64,000 bases of DNA from Eledone cirrhosa (lineage: Eukaryota): the NCBI GenBank assembly GCA_964016885.1, contig OZ024746.1, positions 53,568,001 to 53,632,000 of the forward strand, read 5' to 3'. Of this stretch, positions 49,046-63,689 are shown piece after piece. The position numbers were made by a program, and so were the translations under genes. Within the stretch, counting starts at the first letter, position 1, and the number at the start of each line of letters is the position of its first letter. Under the pieces are notes generated by a model. It did not search any database and was not told the DNA's origin. It saw nothing but the letters and a program-made list of their open reading frames with translations.

Positions 49046-51094
49046 TTACGTGCCGATTAACATTGCATAATGGCCACCAAATTTAAAGCGAGAGGGACGG
49101 AAGCAGTTATAGTAGGAGTTTGGTTCCTTTGTGTTTGGACCTACTGTATATGTGTATGTTTCACAGACACATACTCACACCTAGGATGTAATCCTTGGCT
49201 ATATTATCTATTATCATTGATGTTTTGGTTTATTCTAGATGTATTTACGTTGAAATTTAAGCAATTGACGGTAATTATTACACTCCTTACCACCATTACC
49301 GGTTATATGATCGAAGGGTAGTCCAGCGTTTTGATACTGTCTTATATGAACTACAGATCTAATATAAGTTAGACAGATTTCTTATTAACAACGCACCCAT
49401 AAAAATAAATCATAACTAAAACCTTGTATGTATTCTATCGTATATAGTGGTTGCAGTGAATATATATAGGGGAACCAGTTGACCTTTAATACTAAGACTA
49501 GAGAAATTTTGTGAAACTGTGATCCATGGAGTGACATAAAATTCAGTCGTGGGTGATCGTTTGTGAAGAGAAAATAGGTTGGATAAGAACGATGTCAGGG
49601 ATACAAGCACGAGCGACTGTTAGTCTTCCACAAAACACAATGCCCAGTCATGTGCTTTTGGGGGAACATTCCAGGTAGAACTCCTTAGCCAGTCACGACC
49701 AAAGTATGACTTCATACATGCACTGAAACACACGCACACATATATATTGGAATATGTGTTAAAACACAGTATTCAAAACAATCAAACATTATCTGATTGT
49801 GCACACATTACTTAGTACTGGTATGTAGAGTAAAAATGTATTTTCTAAGTAGAAAACTCCTAATTAGTATATATATGTGTGTGTTGTTATGTTTTCTGTG
49901 TGCGGAGGAATAGTTGAAAGTGTTTACACTTCATACGTTATTCTTTTCACAACTCAGACTTCTAATTGAAAGCCGCCAGTTATATTTATCATAAGTTTAA
50001 ACTCTTCAAATATTTGCTGTGTTCAAGCATTCGGGAGGGCGAGATCCAACTTTTAAAAACCAAGATGTTTCTAAAACTTAAACGGCAAGTTTACAACGAA
50101 TGTATCATACCCAACAGATTCTTACAATGTAGGAAAAAATAAAACCTGGTACAACTAACAAACAAGCTAAGAACAGGTCAACATTGCCACCATGAACTAC
50201 ATTATACTTGGAATAATTTGTTCAAATACAAAATATACACCCCAGAGCGAGAAAGAGATAGATAGATATCTAGATAGCTAAATAGATAGCTAGTTAGATA
50301 GATATAGAGAGAAAGAGTGAGTGATATTTTAAAACAGGTCTTAAAAGGCTTACCAAGACATATCTAATTTATTCTCAAGTATCCACCAACCATAAATAGA
50401 ATTTTCCAATTTATGGAGGTTACATAGTGTTAACAATAGAACTATTTAGCTATTCTTTTTGTCTTCTTTTCCATTACATTTTTTCTTATTGTTGTTACTT
50501 TAATATGTCACGAGGTATTAGATATTTTCTCACTCTCATTGCTTACAAGCTTCACACGAGGGCTTCCATTGATTAACACTTTCATTACCATATCCGAATG
50601 AAAGACAACACCTTCTATGATTTTAAATTAATTTTGAAAATAATCAAGAATTTTGAAGCATTTACTAAAATAATTTTTTTCATATTTTTAAGCTGGTGTT
50701 TGGAACATCATTTTTTGAATCAAATGTTCCTAAGTAAAAAAAAAAAAAATGACGAGAGATTTGAATATGAACACTTTAAAACAAACAGCTTTGAATCATA
50801 CAACCAGAGGTGGTTTCAGGTGGTTTGTTGTCAGAGGGGTAAAGTAAACAGAAAATAAAGCGGAACAATGAAATGAACATGAGAAATAGATAAAAGTAAA
50901 TGTCATGGTCAAGTTTATAAAAACCATTTGAAATGTAATTGTTAGACACTCCTAAAGTATTGGATGACAACAGGTGGACAGTAAGAGTTAAGACAGAATT
51001 TCCGAGAAATAGACACATAAGTAGAAGTATGACCACGCAGAAGGTGAAAGATTGAATAATAGATTTCACCACAGGCTCAGACGTACAAACACAG

Positions 51095-51141
<47 letters not shown>

Positions 51142-51819
51142 TACAGGCACATACACATACACCAATTGTTATTAATGGCGACTGTTTACTTCGAAGTTAG
51201 TCAACATTATTGGACTATGGAAATATTAAATATTGGATATTAATTTTCGCTACGTGTAGCTTAAACCAGACGTAGATGAATCTTTAATCCAGTGCATGTT
51301 TAACGTGAAGTAATACATAGCTAGAATGATATATATTTTATTATAACAGTAAAACTATACCATAGTCTCAAGGGTGAATATTTCCCTGCTTAAAACCACT
51401 TGCACGATATAAACACATATAAACACACACAGCAACGACAACAACAACAGCAAGAAAATCCCGGTGCTTCAGAATAAAAGAAAATACCCTTTACGGTGTT
51501 TACTTTGCTCAAGTTGCATAGACAAGCCCTTGTCCCTTATGCCATTAAATAAACAATGGATCAATGTGATTGGTCCGTTGGAAACTTGTAACCAATGACG
51601 CTTTTGTTTACCTAATGAGATTACACAAACATATATAAACGTCAACGTCACTCATTCCTGTCTCCCGGTCCCCTGTAACGATACCATTAACTGTCAGACA
51701 AGTACATGTTATTATAATACTATAACTCAGTGAGGATGATGTATCCTCCGTCGGTTTCCACATTAAACATTTAGTCGTTTGATTAACTGAACTTCCGATA
51801 TATAATTGTTTCTTCTTTT

Positions 51820-51998
51820 GGCACAAGGCCAGCAAATTATCAGTACATTACTGGTACTTTATTTTATCGACCCCGTAAGGATGAAAAGCAAAGTTAACCC
51901 CGGCGGGATTTGAACTCAGACCATAAAATGGCCGTAACTCTTTGCTGCAAAGCATGGTGTCAGAACCTCTACCGATACTGCCAATCCATCCATCACCC
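51820..51998 (-). mobile_element. SINE family B
   Basis: Similarity to 29728-29902. Confidence 0.8.
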
Positions 51999-52339
51999 TC
52001 AACTTCCGATATATAAGGAATTAATATATATAAGTGGTTGAGTGTCGCTAGTTCCAGGCAGAATCAACGTGACACCATATGTGACGAAACGGGAGCTTTG
52101 AATCATAGATACCATCCATCTTGAATTGTATAAAAAGGGGCTGAGTATTGGACACATACTTATAGAGATGTATATACCATATGCATACATACATGCAAGG
52201 TCCCATAACTCCAGATAGAGTCGTAGGAGCGCCATATTGACATAGGGATTTAAATAGCTTAGAAACACTAACGGAGCCCATCTCTCTCTATGTCTGAATA
52301 CAGCAGATTTATTCCAGAGAGAGAGGGGGTGGTGATGAA

Positions 52340-52497
52340 TTGACCCCAGTCCTTGACTATTAATTTTTTATCGACCTCGAATTGATGAAAGGCAAAGTTC
52401 ACCATGGTGAGATTTGAACTCAGAAAGCAGAAAGACGGAACGAATAACACAAAGCATTCTATCTGACGTTCTAACAACTCTGCCAATTCGCCGCCTA
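52340..52497 (-). mobile_element. SINE family B-related
   Basis: tatcgacctc..gatgaaaggcaaag..atttgaactcagaa. Confidence 0.7.
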
Positions 52498-52556
52498 CAT
52501 ATACCATAGCCTTACTATTGGTAACACTGTCGATCATACCGTTATACCAGTGCACG

Positions 52557-52595
<39 letters not shown>

Positions 52596-53380
52596 GTGTC
52601 GACGTCTAACCAACCATCTTACCGCATTATATTATAGTTAATAAAAGATATACAACTGTATGTTACACCACAGTATATTAGAGATAAACGTATATATATA
52701 TATATATATAAAAATAACAAAGAGGGTGTAGTATGATACCCGGCTACCCTCAACCTGGTTCGGCCCGCCAGCCAAGGCCGTTTACCGGGGTGTGGCCGCT
52801 GTCGCATGCTACAGCTTCCTGGGGCCACAGGTAAGAGCTGAGTGTCAGGTGGGACCCAATGCAGGACGAGCTGTCCTGAAAAGGGCATGGCTAGCCCCCC
52901 CCCCTACAGAGGTACATGCCCCTCCCTGACACCCCACATATCTATCTATCTATCTATCTATCTATATATATATATATATATATATATATCGCGTGTGTGT
53001 ATATATATAACGATCATCATTTAACATCTATTCTTACACACAGGTATGGGTTGGACATGCGTATATGTCCGTATCTGTGTGTACGTTTCCTGTTTATGTC
53101 ATATAACTTAGTGGTTCGGATAATAACGAAATCATAAACATAAGTACCCTAGCTGGAAAAAAAAAAAAAAATGTTAACATATAGCTATGAAACAACCTTT
53201 TTATCAAACTTAAGAATAATAAAATTGTTATCTAATACATTTAATTTTCTTTGGGGTGTTAGTATGAATCGATGCTGGAATGAATGTGTGGGCTTACATT
53301 CATGTATTTTGAATTTTCATTAAGTTTCATTAAGATAATTTTGAACTGATGCTAGGGAGCCCAAAATCTTTAGTTGCTTT

Positions 53381-53627
53381 CAGGGTTGGATTTAGACCTT
53401 CGGGGGCCCGGTATACCTCAGGTTTTTTTTATTTTTTTTACATATCAAAGTTAGCTTGGCGCAAGTAATTTGAATTGAAAAGTTATACATACATGTATTA
53501 GATTCAAAAATTCTAACCATCCTAAAACTAAAAATTCCAGCTGAGGTCACAAATAAATTGCTACGGCCGTCGCTGGTGGGACCCGCGGGCAATTGCCCCG
53601 TTTGCTCCCCTATTAAATCCACCCCTG
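53381..53627. mobile_element. hAT-type MITE
   Basis: TIRs cagggttggattta / taaatccacccctg. Perfect 8-bp TSD gttgcttt. Confidence 0.85.
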
Positions 53628-53686
53628 GTTGCTTTAATTCGGCATGATAATCAGCTATATGTATTACTTTTCTTTATGGTCTAGAA

Positions 53687-53850
53687 CAGGCATGGGAAAC
53701 CTTTTTCGAGCAGTGGGCCGCATAGGATGAGACTTATCATATGTCGGGCCGCACTACTAAAAAATTCAAGGCAATTTTAGAAATAGGTGGGCCATTCAGA
53801 AAGCCAAACGGGCCGCATGCGGCTCACGGGCCGTAGTTTGCCCATGACTG
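53687..53850. mobile_element. hAT (Charlie-like) MITE
   Basis: TIRs caggcatgggaaac / gtttgcccatgactg. TSD gtctagaa/gtctagga. Confidence 0.8.
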
Positions 53851-54216
53851 GTCTAGGATGTCTGTGTGTCTAGGAGTAGCAGCAGAACCGCTCCATGTGT
53901 GATAACATGCTAACATACCATCGTATTTGTTTATACTCTATCATTCGACCATTTTACATTGTTGACAAATAGTATATAGCTGTGATACCATTGGTTACAG
54001 TACCCAGTGTTATCACACATACCATTGTGTACTGTAGAAGTATTTAAAACATACTGTTGTATTATTGGTTACAATATCAATCTACCATTGTACCAATTGC
54101 TACCATTATACCATACTATATTATAGAGATATGGGTAATTTACATCTGCGTTACTATTGGTAAAAACATTAGCATAACATTATGCCACTATATTGTAGAG
54201 TTGTTTTCAATACTCT

Positions 54217-54278
<62 letters not shown>

Positions 54279-54379
54279 AACACACACCTCCACTTACCAA
54301 GCGTGAAGCTAATAATACCATGTAACATTTACTCCTGTGTTTGTTTGTTTTTTTATTTTGTTATTTCGAACTATATATA

Positions 54380-56417
54380 TCATCATCATCATCGTTTAAC
54401 ATCCATCTTCCACGCTTGCATGGGTTTGAACGGGAATTTTCCCACTTGAGGCAAGATTGGTTGTCTTGCTCGTATAGGACTGTCTGGCGGGTTTTCTACG
54501 TGTGGATGCCCTTCCTAACACCAACTACGTTTACAGTGTGGACTGGGAGGTTTTTACCGTGTTACCTACACGGCCACATTACAGCGTGGACTGTGTGTTT
54601 TTTTGTCGTGACACCTACACGACCTCATTTGTTTCGGACTAGATGTTGTGGTACCAACATAACTTCACATTTAAGGGGGTGGTGTGGATGGGGTGGGGGT
54701 GGGGGACGGGGGTGTATTCTTGTTAGAGGTGCCTACTAACTGTAGGTTTCGCTTTGTACTTAGGCAAGGCGGGTCATCTGATTTACTGTGTAGCGCCAAA
54801 GATCTCAGTCCAGTGACATTGTCTTGGAGAGGTGTAAGTGTGTGAGGTCGGAATTTATCAAGTCGTCCCAGGTTTTTCTGGGTCTGCCTACTCCGTGGCT
54901 ACCGTCTATTTTTATCGCCCTGCACTTTTTTATACAGCTGTCGTCTTTCATGCGCATCACGTGACCGTACCAACGTAGTCTTCTCTCGAGTAAACAACAT
55001 CTGATCCCTCTTATTCCTAATTTCTCCCTTAGTTCGTTTATGCTTTGCCGTTCACATACATTACTATTACACATCCAGCGGAGCATGCAAGCTTCGTTCT
55101 TCTCCAGTCTGCGTATATCCTCTGCACACGAGGCCCAAGTCTCACTGCCATGCAACATTGCTGTTCGTATGCAGGCATCATACAGCCTGCCTTTTATTTT
55201 TAGACAGAAACCTTTAGCGGCCAATAGTGGTATAAACTCTGAACTTTTTCCATCCCGTTCTGACTCTAGCTACTGTACTTTCAGAGCACCCACCACCACT
55301 GCTGATTTTGTCACCCAGGTAACGGAAGGTGTCCACTATTTCTATAGAACCATCTGTGCAATGGAATGAGCTAGTATTCTGTGGGCACTTGTTGCTACTT
55401 ATTGCACCTGACCACCGGCCACATATAAAATCTATGTTCTTAGTTAGCTTACCTGTGATCCCACTACATCTTTTATGCACCCATACTTTGCATTTTGGAC
55501 ATAAAATGGAGTTTCTGCCTACTCCTTTCCTACACAATGAGCATGGCCATTTCCCAGATGGGACCGGTGCCCTATTTTCCTTCCTACAAACTAGAACTTT
55601 AGTCTTAGACAGGTTAATTTTAAGGCCTTTTGATTTTAGGCCATGCTTCCATGTTTGGAATTTCTTCTCTAGTTCAGCCATTGATTCAGCTATGAGCGAT
55701 ATATCATCTGCGTATAGGAGTTCCCATGGGCAGCCGGTCTTGAACTCCTCTGTTATAGCCTGAAGGGCAATAATAAATAGTAGGGGGCTAAGAACGGAGT
55801 CCTGATGAACACCAACTTTTACGCTAAACTCTTCACTATATTCGTTGTTAATTCTAACCTTGCTGACTGTTTCTTTATACAGGCTTGTATAGCTCTCACA
55901 AACTATTCATCAACACCTAGTTTTCGAAGAGCCCACCAGATAATGGAGCGGGGGACTCTGTCAAAGGCTTTCTACAATTCAACAAAAGCTAAGTATAGGG
56001 GTTTACTTTTAGCTAGGTACTTCTGTAGTTGTCGTACAATGAAAAGAGCGTCTGTGGTACTTTTACCTGACACAAACCCGAACTGCATTTCATCTAGATC
56101 AATTCTCTCTCTGATTAGTTGCGCTATTACTTTTTCTGTGACCTTCATGACCGGGTCGATTAATTTAATGCCTCTATAGTTACCCCTATCTAGGGCATCT
56201 CCTTTACCCTTGTAGCAGTTAATGATGATGCTGCTACGCCAGTCCTTCGGAACGAACCCATTCTGTATGACTTGGATTACTATCCGGGTGACCATAGTGT
56301 GTCCCACCGTTCCAGATGCTTTCAGCATTTCAGCAACTATTTCCGAAGGCCCAGCCGCCTTACCCGTCTTCAAATCTTTGATTGCCTTACTTATTATACT
56401 ACCTTCAACTTGCACTC
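54380..56417 (-). mobile_element. 5'-truncated decayed RTE-clade LINE
   Basis: Frameshifted RT: GKAAGPSEIVAEML, YKGKGDALDRGNYRGIKL, QFGFVSGKSTTDA, LYADD, FRYLGD, AMLHGSETW, RRLRWYGHVMRM, GRPRKTW. (GAT)n 3' tail at about 54380. Confidence 0.92.
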
Positions 56418-56419
56418 CT

Positions 56420-56481
<62 letters not shown>

Positions 56482-56760
56482 ATGATATATAACTAAGTTT
56501 CATTTTAAAATGTTTGTATTGTATATCGACCGTTACATGTAGCTCATAATTGGCTCGATATCCTCATCTATGTGACAGACCTGACTTCAGTATTAATCTA
56601 CTCATCAGACATGTGGACTCACTCAAAACATCTACATCCACTAATGTAAATGTTGAAAAGCAATTTATAGTGAAACTCTGCTATAGCATTGAGTGCTTAC
56701 ATTGGTGCCGCCTCCAGTAATCAACAACAGTACTGAACACACACACACACATATATATAC

Positions 56761-56839
<79 letters not shown>

Positions 56840-57577
56840 CATATATATATACACCTATATATGTGTGTGTGTATATATATATATGTGTGTATATGTTTGT
56901 ATGTTTTTATGTCCTGTAGTAGCATCGTTCGACAAAAAGAGATCGATAAAATAAGTGCTAGACTTGCAAAAAATAAAATACTGGTTTTGATGTGATCAAT
57001 TAAATCCATTAAAGGTGGTACCGCATAAAACTTAAGCATATAAAAGAATATACATAATGTACATATAAGCACACCTATATACAAAATGTAACCTTTCTGT
57101 ATTAATCGTTGTTGTATATGTATGGCCACTGCCTTCGGACGTTTTTCTTGGTGTCACACTTTTTAACTTTTGTGTTTACTCCATTGAGTGCTTTGTGATT
57201 GCCTTAATCAACTCGAATAGTTCCTGCTGTACGACTACAACGTCGGTTTATACCAAATATATATATATATATAGCTGTTTTGGCTTCTCTCTCCCTCTCT
57301 CCCGGTTACTTACATATGTGCTTCTCCCCCCACGTTTTTTTCCCTTTTTTTCCCCCTCTTCTGTTTAATTTTTCTTTCTCTCTCCTTTTTTTTCTTCCCC
57401 CAATAACTCCCACAAGTTATTGACGCACTGGAATTAGACTTATTGTCTTTAATGCGTTGAAATGTCCGTGATTTCCAGCAGACAACTGAAGAAGGGATTG
57501 TCCTCCGTTTGTGCTTTCCTTTTATTTTTAAATACACTTTAACAAGAAACCAAAAGGTATTCCAAATTATATATACA

Positions 57578-57666
<89 letters not shown>

Positions 57667-58354
57667 CTGAATCTCAATCTATCAGGCTAGCGGACCTTAA
57701 CAATGTCTTCAAGGAGAAACACACTGTCTATCATAAAAAAAGGTTATGTACAGCTATGGTGTCCGTAAACTTGGATATGATTATAACAGACAGAAAGCGT
57801 AGATCGATTGTTTTGCAAGAGCAGGAAATAGCCATAGTCATGAATTACCCCAATGCACAAAAGAGACAATGATACCTAACCGCTTGAAAGTGTCTCTGTT
57901 TTTTTTAAGAATGTTTATATATATCTAGAACTCTTCCGGCATAGTTTTATGTAGGGACATTTATTAAGTTGGGATCACAAGATTAGATAAATAATTCATG
58001 ATTATTTTCAGAATGATTTGAAACATATAGGAAGTATATTTCACGAGAAATGCGAAAGCTCACAAGATGCCGCCGCAAATGAAAGATAGTACACATGTGA
58101 TCAGCAACTGTTTTCGTAAATGTGTAATGTGGTAGTGATGACATGTTTGTGTGAAGTTGTAGTATAGTAGTGAAGATATATTATATTGTACTGGAGTATG
58201 AGAGGTGCTGTATACACTACCTCACCAAACAATATGTCATCACTACCCATACTACACCATCACACACATAATACATATATACATGAATGTGTGAGCGTGT
58301 AATGGTGCATTCCCGATGGGTATCGTGGAGGGGTGGGCGGTGTGACCACAATTA

Positions 58355-58485
58355 AAAAAGCACTCAATATGTTAGTAGAGTATATGCATCTTTATTTTAT
58401 ATAGAAATGACCTCTACCGGACATGAACTGTTTCATTCATACGAATGAAACAGCTCTACTCCTCTAGAAGTCATTTCTATTTAAA
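58355..58485. repeat. Decayed fold-back HHR remnant with tail motif (related to 27617-27789)
   Basis: atagaaatgac..ctgtttcattc atac gaatgaaacag..gtcatttctat. The CTGA half of the core is missing. Confidence 0.5.
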
Positions 58486-58500
58486 CTAATATGTGTGTGC

Positions 58501-58541
<41 letters not shown>

Positions 58542-59499
58542 TGTGTGTGTATATATATATATGTATATGCGTGTATGTATGTGTGTGTATATATGTATAT
58601 GCGTGTATGTATGTGTGTGTGCATGTGTATATATATATATATATATATGTGTGTCAATACAAGCTACATGGGTGGAACGTTGTTATCAAAGCTTTCGCTT
58701 CATGCAAACAACATACCAAGCCTGATATGCTGGTTTTGGGGCGACAAGAAAATTATGTTTTGTCCTACCGAGTCAGGTATGCTTTGGCCAAGCCCTTATA
58801 TGTCGTCATTTGGGCAGAAAACACATTTGGTTGCAGATGTTTTGCTCACGAAAGATTGTGTGCCATATACAATAATTTGTATTTTTGATATTTCTAAATC
58901 CAAGAGTTGAACTTGGACGACATGTTTTTTGCTCAACGACGACATTTTTTTTTTGCCTATTCATACCTAACGTGTATTCCACAGACACTTATGTATAGCC
59001 ATAACGTAATTCTAGGGGAGATTCAGCTTGATACAGTGTGTGACAAGACTGAGGTACATCTTATTTATTTGTGGCTAAGTGGACGAGATCAAGGTAAAAG
59101 AAAATGTCTTATACAAGAACACAATGCGCTGCTGGGAATCAAACTTTCTACCTGATGCTTCTGAGCCGAACACCCTAACCGCCCCTCAACATCTTACTAA
59201 ACTTCGTTTAGCTGTCTGCTTAGGTAACAGATGGCGCTATTGTTGCTGCAAACAGGTGATATATGAGTTGTATCTACTGTGTATGTGTGCGTGTGCGCAA
59301 TACTGCAAGTGTTGCCCACTATCTGTTCATAGATTTCTTACTCAATAGTTTCCGTTCGTTGGGGCTACATTTGCATGCGGTCTACCACAATATCCCTAGT
59401 CTACTCTGTGTAATGACCTGACCTGTCTATCAAGTTAGTTAGGGTAGTGTATGTAACTAAAGTAAACTGTACACTGAACTATAAATGGTTTCTTATATA

Positions 59500-59697
59500 G
59501 GCACAAGGCCAGCAATTTTGGGGGAGTGGATGGAAAGTCGATTAAATCGATCCCAGTGCGTGACTGGTACTTTATTGTAAGGATAAAAGGCAAAGTTAAC
59601 CCCGACAGGATTTGAACTCAGACCGTAAAGGGCCGTAACTCTATGCTGCAAAGCATGGTGTCCGACTCTCTACCGATACTGCCAATCCACCACCCTC
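59500..59697 (-). mobile_element. SINE family B with target duplication
   Basis: Flanked by acactgaactataaatg at about 59471 and about 59698. Confidence 0.8.
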
Positions 59698-59971
59698 ACA
59701 CTGAACTATAAATGACCAGGTAGACCGTGCATTACAATGACAGCTCTGATCGTATGTTTGCATGATAATAACTGACATAGGATTAAATACAACAATAAAG
59801 AATACGAACATTAAACAGCAGTACTATCTCATATTATAAATTGTTTTGTACACTGCAATGTCGTACTTTAGCATGCGGTCACCACAGTCTATGCTATATA
59901 ATAACCTTATATCTCTACCGGATTAAGGTTATCATTTATGGTTACAGTTGGCTTTTATATTTGATGTAAAC

Positions 59972-60284
59972 CAGAGGCGTGCAACAGGCGGCCCGGGGCC
60001 ACAATCCGGCCCGCGAAACCAGTCAGAGTGGCCCGCGATGACAGTTTTTAATTTTTACCTTGTAGGCTTATTTAGAATTGTTTTCGTAATCGTAATACAA
60101 TTTTCTGTTAGCTGACCTATACTAAAGGGTTTCACTGATAGGGTTATGTGTGCTATAATTTCCCAGTTCCATATTACAGAAAGAAGTGATTTTCATTAGA
60201 TTACATATTTTTGACAGTGCCTGCTCTAATAGTTGTTCCAATGTTCAAAAGTGGCCCGCCAATGGAATATGTTGCACACCCCTG
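59972..60284. mobile_element. hAT (Charlie-like) MITE
   Basis: TIRs cagaggcgtgcaaca / tgttgcacacccctg. Degenerate TSD atgtaaac/gtgtagac. Confidence 0.7.
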
Positions 60285-60477
60285 GTGTAGACAACAAATG
60301 ACTAGGTAGACTGCACGCTAAAGTGAAAATGAGCTGGTGGATCGCGCACTAATGTGGCACCTTTTTATGTTTATGATATTCGAGAATATATTAATGAAAT
60401 GTGGAAAAGTTACGTTTCAGCATCATGAATTGCACCGCGCCCGGAATCGAGAACTTACAGCTCCTTAGTCTCTCATG

Positions 60478-60665
60478 AGTGGCGTATTGGTTAGTGTGTT
60501 AGACTGACGACCATAAGGTCATGGGATAGATTCCTGGTCTATGTGGTGTTTTATGTTCCTTATTTCACATTGCTCCGACTGCCAAGAATTTTGAACGACT
60601 GATAGTATCAACAATGGAAAGCCCAAATGGAAAAATCATTCTCTTGTTCCGATCTGATGATCCCC
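60478..60665 (+). mobile_element. Degenerate SINE (family A-related)
   Basis: A-box-like tggcgtattgg, tatttcacattgctcc, and a 3' part similar to family A. Confidence 0.5.
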
Positions 60666-61065
60666 AAAAGCAACAATATAAATAACAAAACAATGGCATT
60701 GGATACATAGTTAATGATTGGGTGATCACAGCTGGAATGTATTGGGTCATAGAAGTTAGGTCAGAGTAAAGCTAGGATTATATAACAATATTTCATATAG
60801 TGACGACTATATGTGTGTGTATGTATGAGACTTGTGTGTGTGCATGAATGAGAGTGCGTGTGTGTGTGTGATTTTGTGTATTTCTTTTTTTTTTTTTTAC
60901 CAGTTTTAATCATTAGAGGTCGGCAAAGCTGGGGTGCGGCCGATAGGGTTTTAATCGATCAGATGAACCCCGGTACTTACCTTATTTTAACGATCTCTAT
61001 ATAACAAATCGCTCGATTACAGGACAAAACAAACCCATGTAAACAGAGACATACACACAAATACT

Positions 61066-61159
<94 letters not shown>

Positions 61160-61339
61160 TAAGAATCTTAAGGCTAGGAAGAACATATGTACCCAAGGAC
61201 TGAACCCCAAACCATTTGGTTGCATGGCGAACGTGTTACCCACACAGCCATCTATATAGAGAGGTAGACATAAAAGCTCACACATGTGCACCCAAAGAAA
61301 TATAATTACAAATATTAACATATGCAAACATAACAGGAA

Positions 61340-61728
61340 ACATATATTCACAAATATATATATACACAGAGCAACATGTGTATATATATATATTTACAAA
61401 TATATATATACACAGAACAACATGTGTATATATATATATATATATATTTACAAATATATATATATATACACAGAGCAACATGTGTATATATATATATATT
61501 TACAAATATATATATACACAGAGCAACATGTGTATATATATATATATATTTACCAATATATATATTCACAGAGCAACATGTGTATATATATATATTTACA
61601 AATATATATATATACACAGAGCAACATGTGTATATATATATATATTTACAAATATATATATACACAGAACAACATGTGTATATATATATATTTACAAATA
61701 TATATACACACAGCAACATGTGTATACA
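61340..61728 (+). repeat. About 45-bp minisatellite (tttacaaa(ta)n cacagagcaacatgtg(ta)n)
   Basis: About 9 tandem units. Confidence 0.9.
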
Positions 61729-62639
61729 GACGTACATATGTTGTAATGAAATCAATGTATAGTACAGATACATCCATGTATCTGAACATACATACATAAA
61801 AACCAGAGGAACATACATACATACATACATACATACATACATACATACATACATACACTCATATATACACACACGCGTATATACCTATACGTATATACAT
61901 ATACCCATACATACACACATACACACATATATACATACACACATATATAAATACACATCTGTGTCTGTGTGTTTGTTATGTTTACTAGTTGTTATGTATA
62001 TGAATATGTGTGCATGAATGTATATATCCATATGTGTATGTGTATGGTGTATACGTGAGTATGTACGTGTGCGCGCGAAAACAAGTCATCTCTTATCTGT
62101 ATCTGTGTGTCTGCTTCACTCTCGATCACAGCTTGTCAAAGAAATTGGGTAGAACACACACACATACATACATATACACCAGACTTGCACACACATATAT
62201 ACACTCAAACACATATATACACACACACACTTTTATATGAATTAGAACAACGCGAAAATAGAAAGAAATGCAACAACAATAATAAGAACAATCACAGCAG
62301 CAGCTACGACAGAAAGTACAACAGCAGCAACAATAACAAGAGTAACGATGACAACAGCAGCAGTGACATTAATCACAATAGTGACAACAACAACAACAGT
62401 AACAATAATAGCAGCACAGGTAGTAAGAAACATCAGCAATAGCAACAACAGCAATGCCAAGAATCACAGCAACGACAACAACAATAGCATAAAAATCCCT
62501 CACCTGTAGCAACAAAGACGTCAGCAATAACACACACACACACACACACACACTAACACACAATGAATGCTGACAACCACAACAACAACAACAGTAACGA
62601 AAACAATAAGACCGATAAATGGTAACAACAATAATCACA

Positions 62640-63255
62640 GTAACAACAACAGTAATATTAGACACAAGGCCAACAATTTTGGGTAGGTGGGAGGGAGACG
62701 AGTAAATCGACCCAAGTGTATTACTGCTACTTTATTTTATCGACTCCATAAGGATGAAAGGAAAAACAGTAATAATGGTTTTAGATTTAGGCACAAGGCT
62801 AACAATTTTTGTGGAAAGGCGAAGTCGATTAAATAGACCCAAGTGTATTACTGGTACTTTATTTTATTGACTCCATAAGTATGAAATGAACAACAACAGT
62901 AATAATGGTTTTAGATTTAGGCACAAGGCTAACAATTTTTGTGGAAAGGCGAAGTCGATTAAATAGACCCAAGTGTATTACTGGTACTTTATTTTATTGA
63001 CTCCATAAGTATGAAATGAACAACAACAGTAATAATGGTTTTTGATTTAGGCACAAGGCTAACCATTTTTGTGGAGGTGAGGAAAGTCGATTAAATCAGC
63101 CCCAGTGCATTACTGGTACTTTATTTTATCGACCGCGTAAGGATGAAAGGCAAAGATAACCTCGGCGGGATTTGAACTCATAACGTAAAGGACCGTAACT
63201 ATAAGTAGTAAAGCATCTAGACCGACGTCCTACCGATATTGCTAATCCACCGTTA
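62640..63255 (-). repeat. 130-bp tandem array derived from the 3' half of SINE family B, ending in a full SINE
   Basis: cacaaggc recurs at about 62662, 62792, 62922 and 63052. Confidence 0.85.
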
Positions 63256-63294
63256 TTACAACAGTAATAATAACAATAGAAACAATTACAGTAA

Positions 63295-63385
63295 TTAACT
63301 TTGCCTTTCATCCTTAGGGGTCGATCAAATAAAGTACCAGTAATGTACTGGAGTAATTGCTGGCCTTGTGCCAAAAGTAGAAACA
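63295..63385 (+). mobile_element. SINE family B 3' fragment, inverted to its neighbour
   Basis: ttaactttgcctttcatccttaggggtcgat..ggccttgtgcc. Confidence 0.75.
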
Positions 63386-63689
63386 ATTATAGTGAGAGCA
63401 TCAACCACAATAACAAGAGATTACAATAATGACGGTAGCGACAGCTAACAGTAGTAAAAACATTCACAATAAGAGTAACGAAAATAATAATAACAACAAC
63501 AACAATAACTATGTCGGTAGCGACAGTAACAGCAACCGCAACAATGAGATTAGCGACAGTTAACAATGACGCTAGCAACAGCTAACAATGTCAGCAACAG
63601 CAGTAATAGCCGCATTAACAACAACAGTCCCAAGAACAATGATAGTCGTTACAAGTATTTATACTAAGAATTCAACCCGAGAAAAAACA

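Noticed and set aside
56570-56616. CTGATGA-stem-GAAG on the minus strand
   Set aside because: GAAG core and poor stems I and III.
58650-58990. Unique sequence with short ORFs
   Set aside because: No motif recognised in any frame.
61340-61728. Repeat with variable spacers
   Set aside because: The spacers are only (TA)n of variable length.
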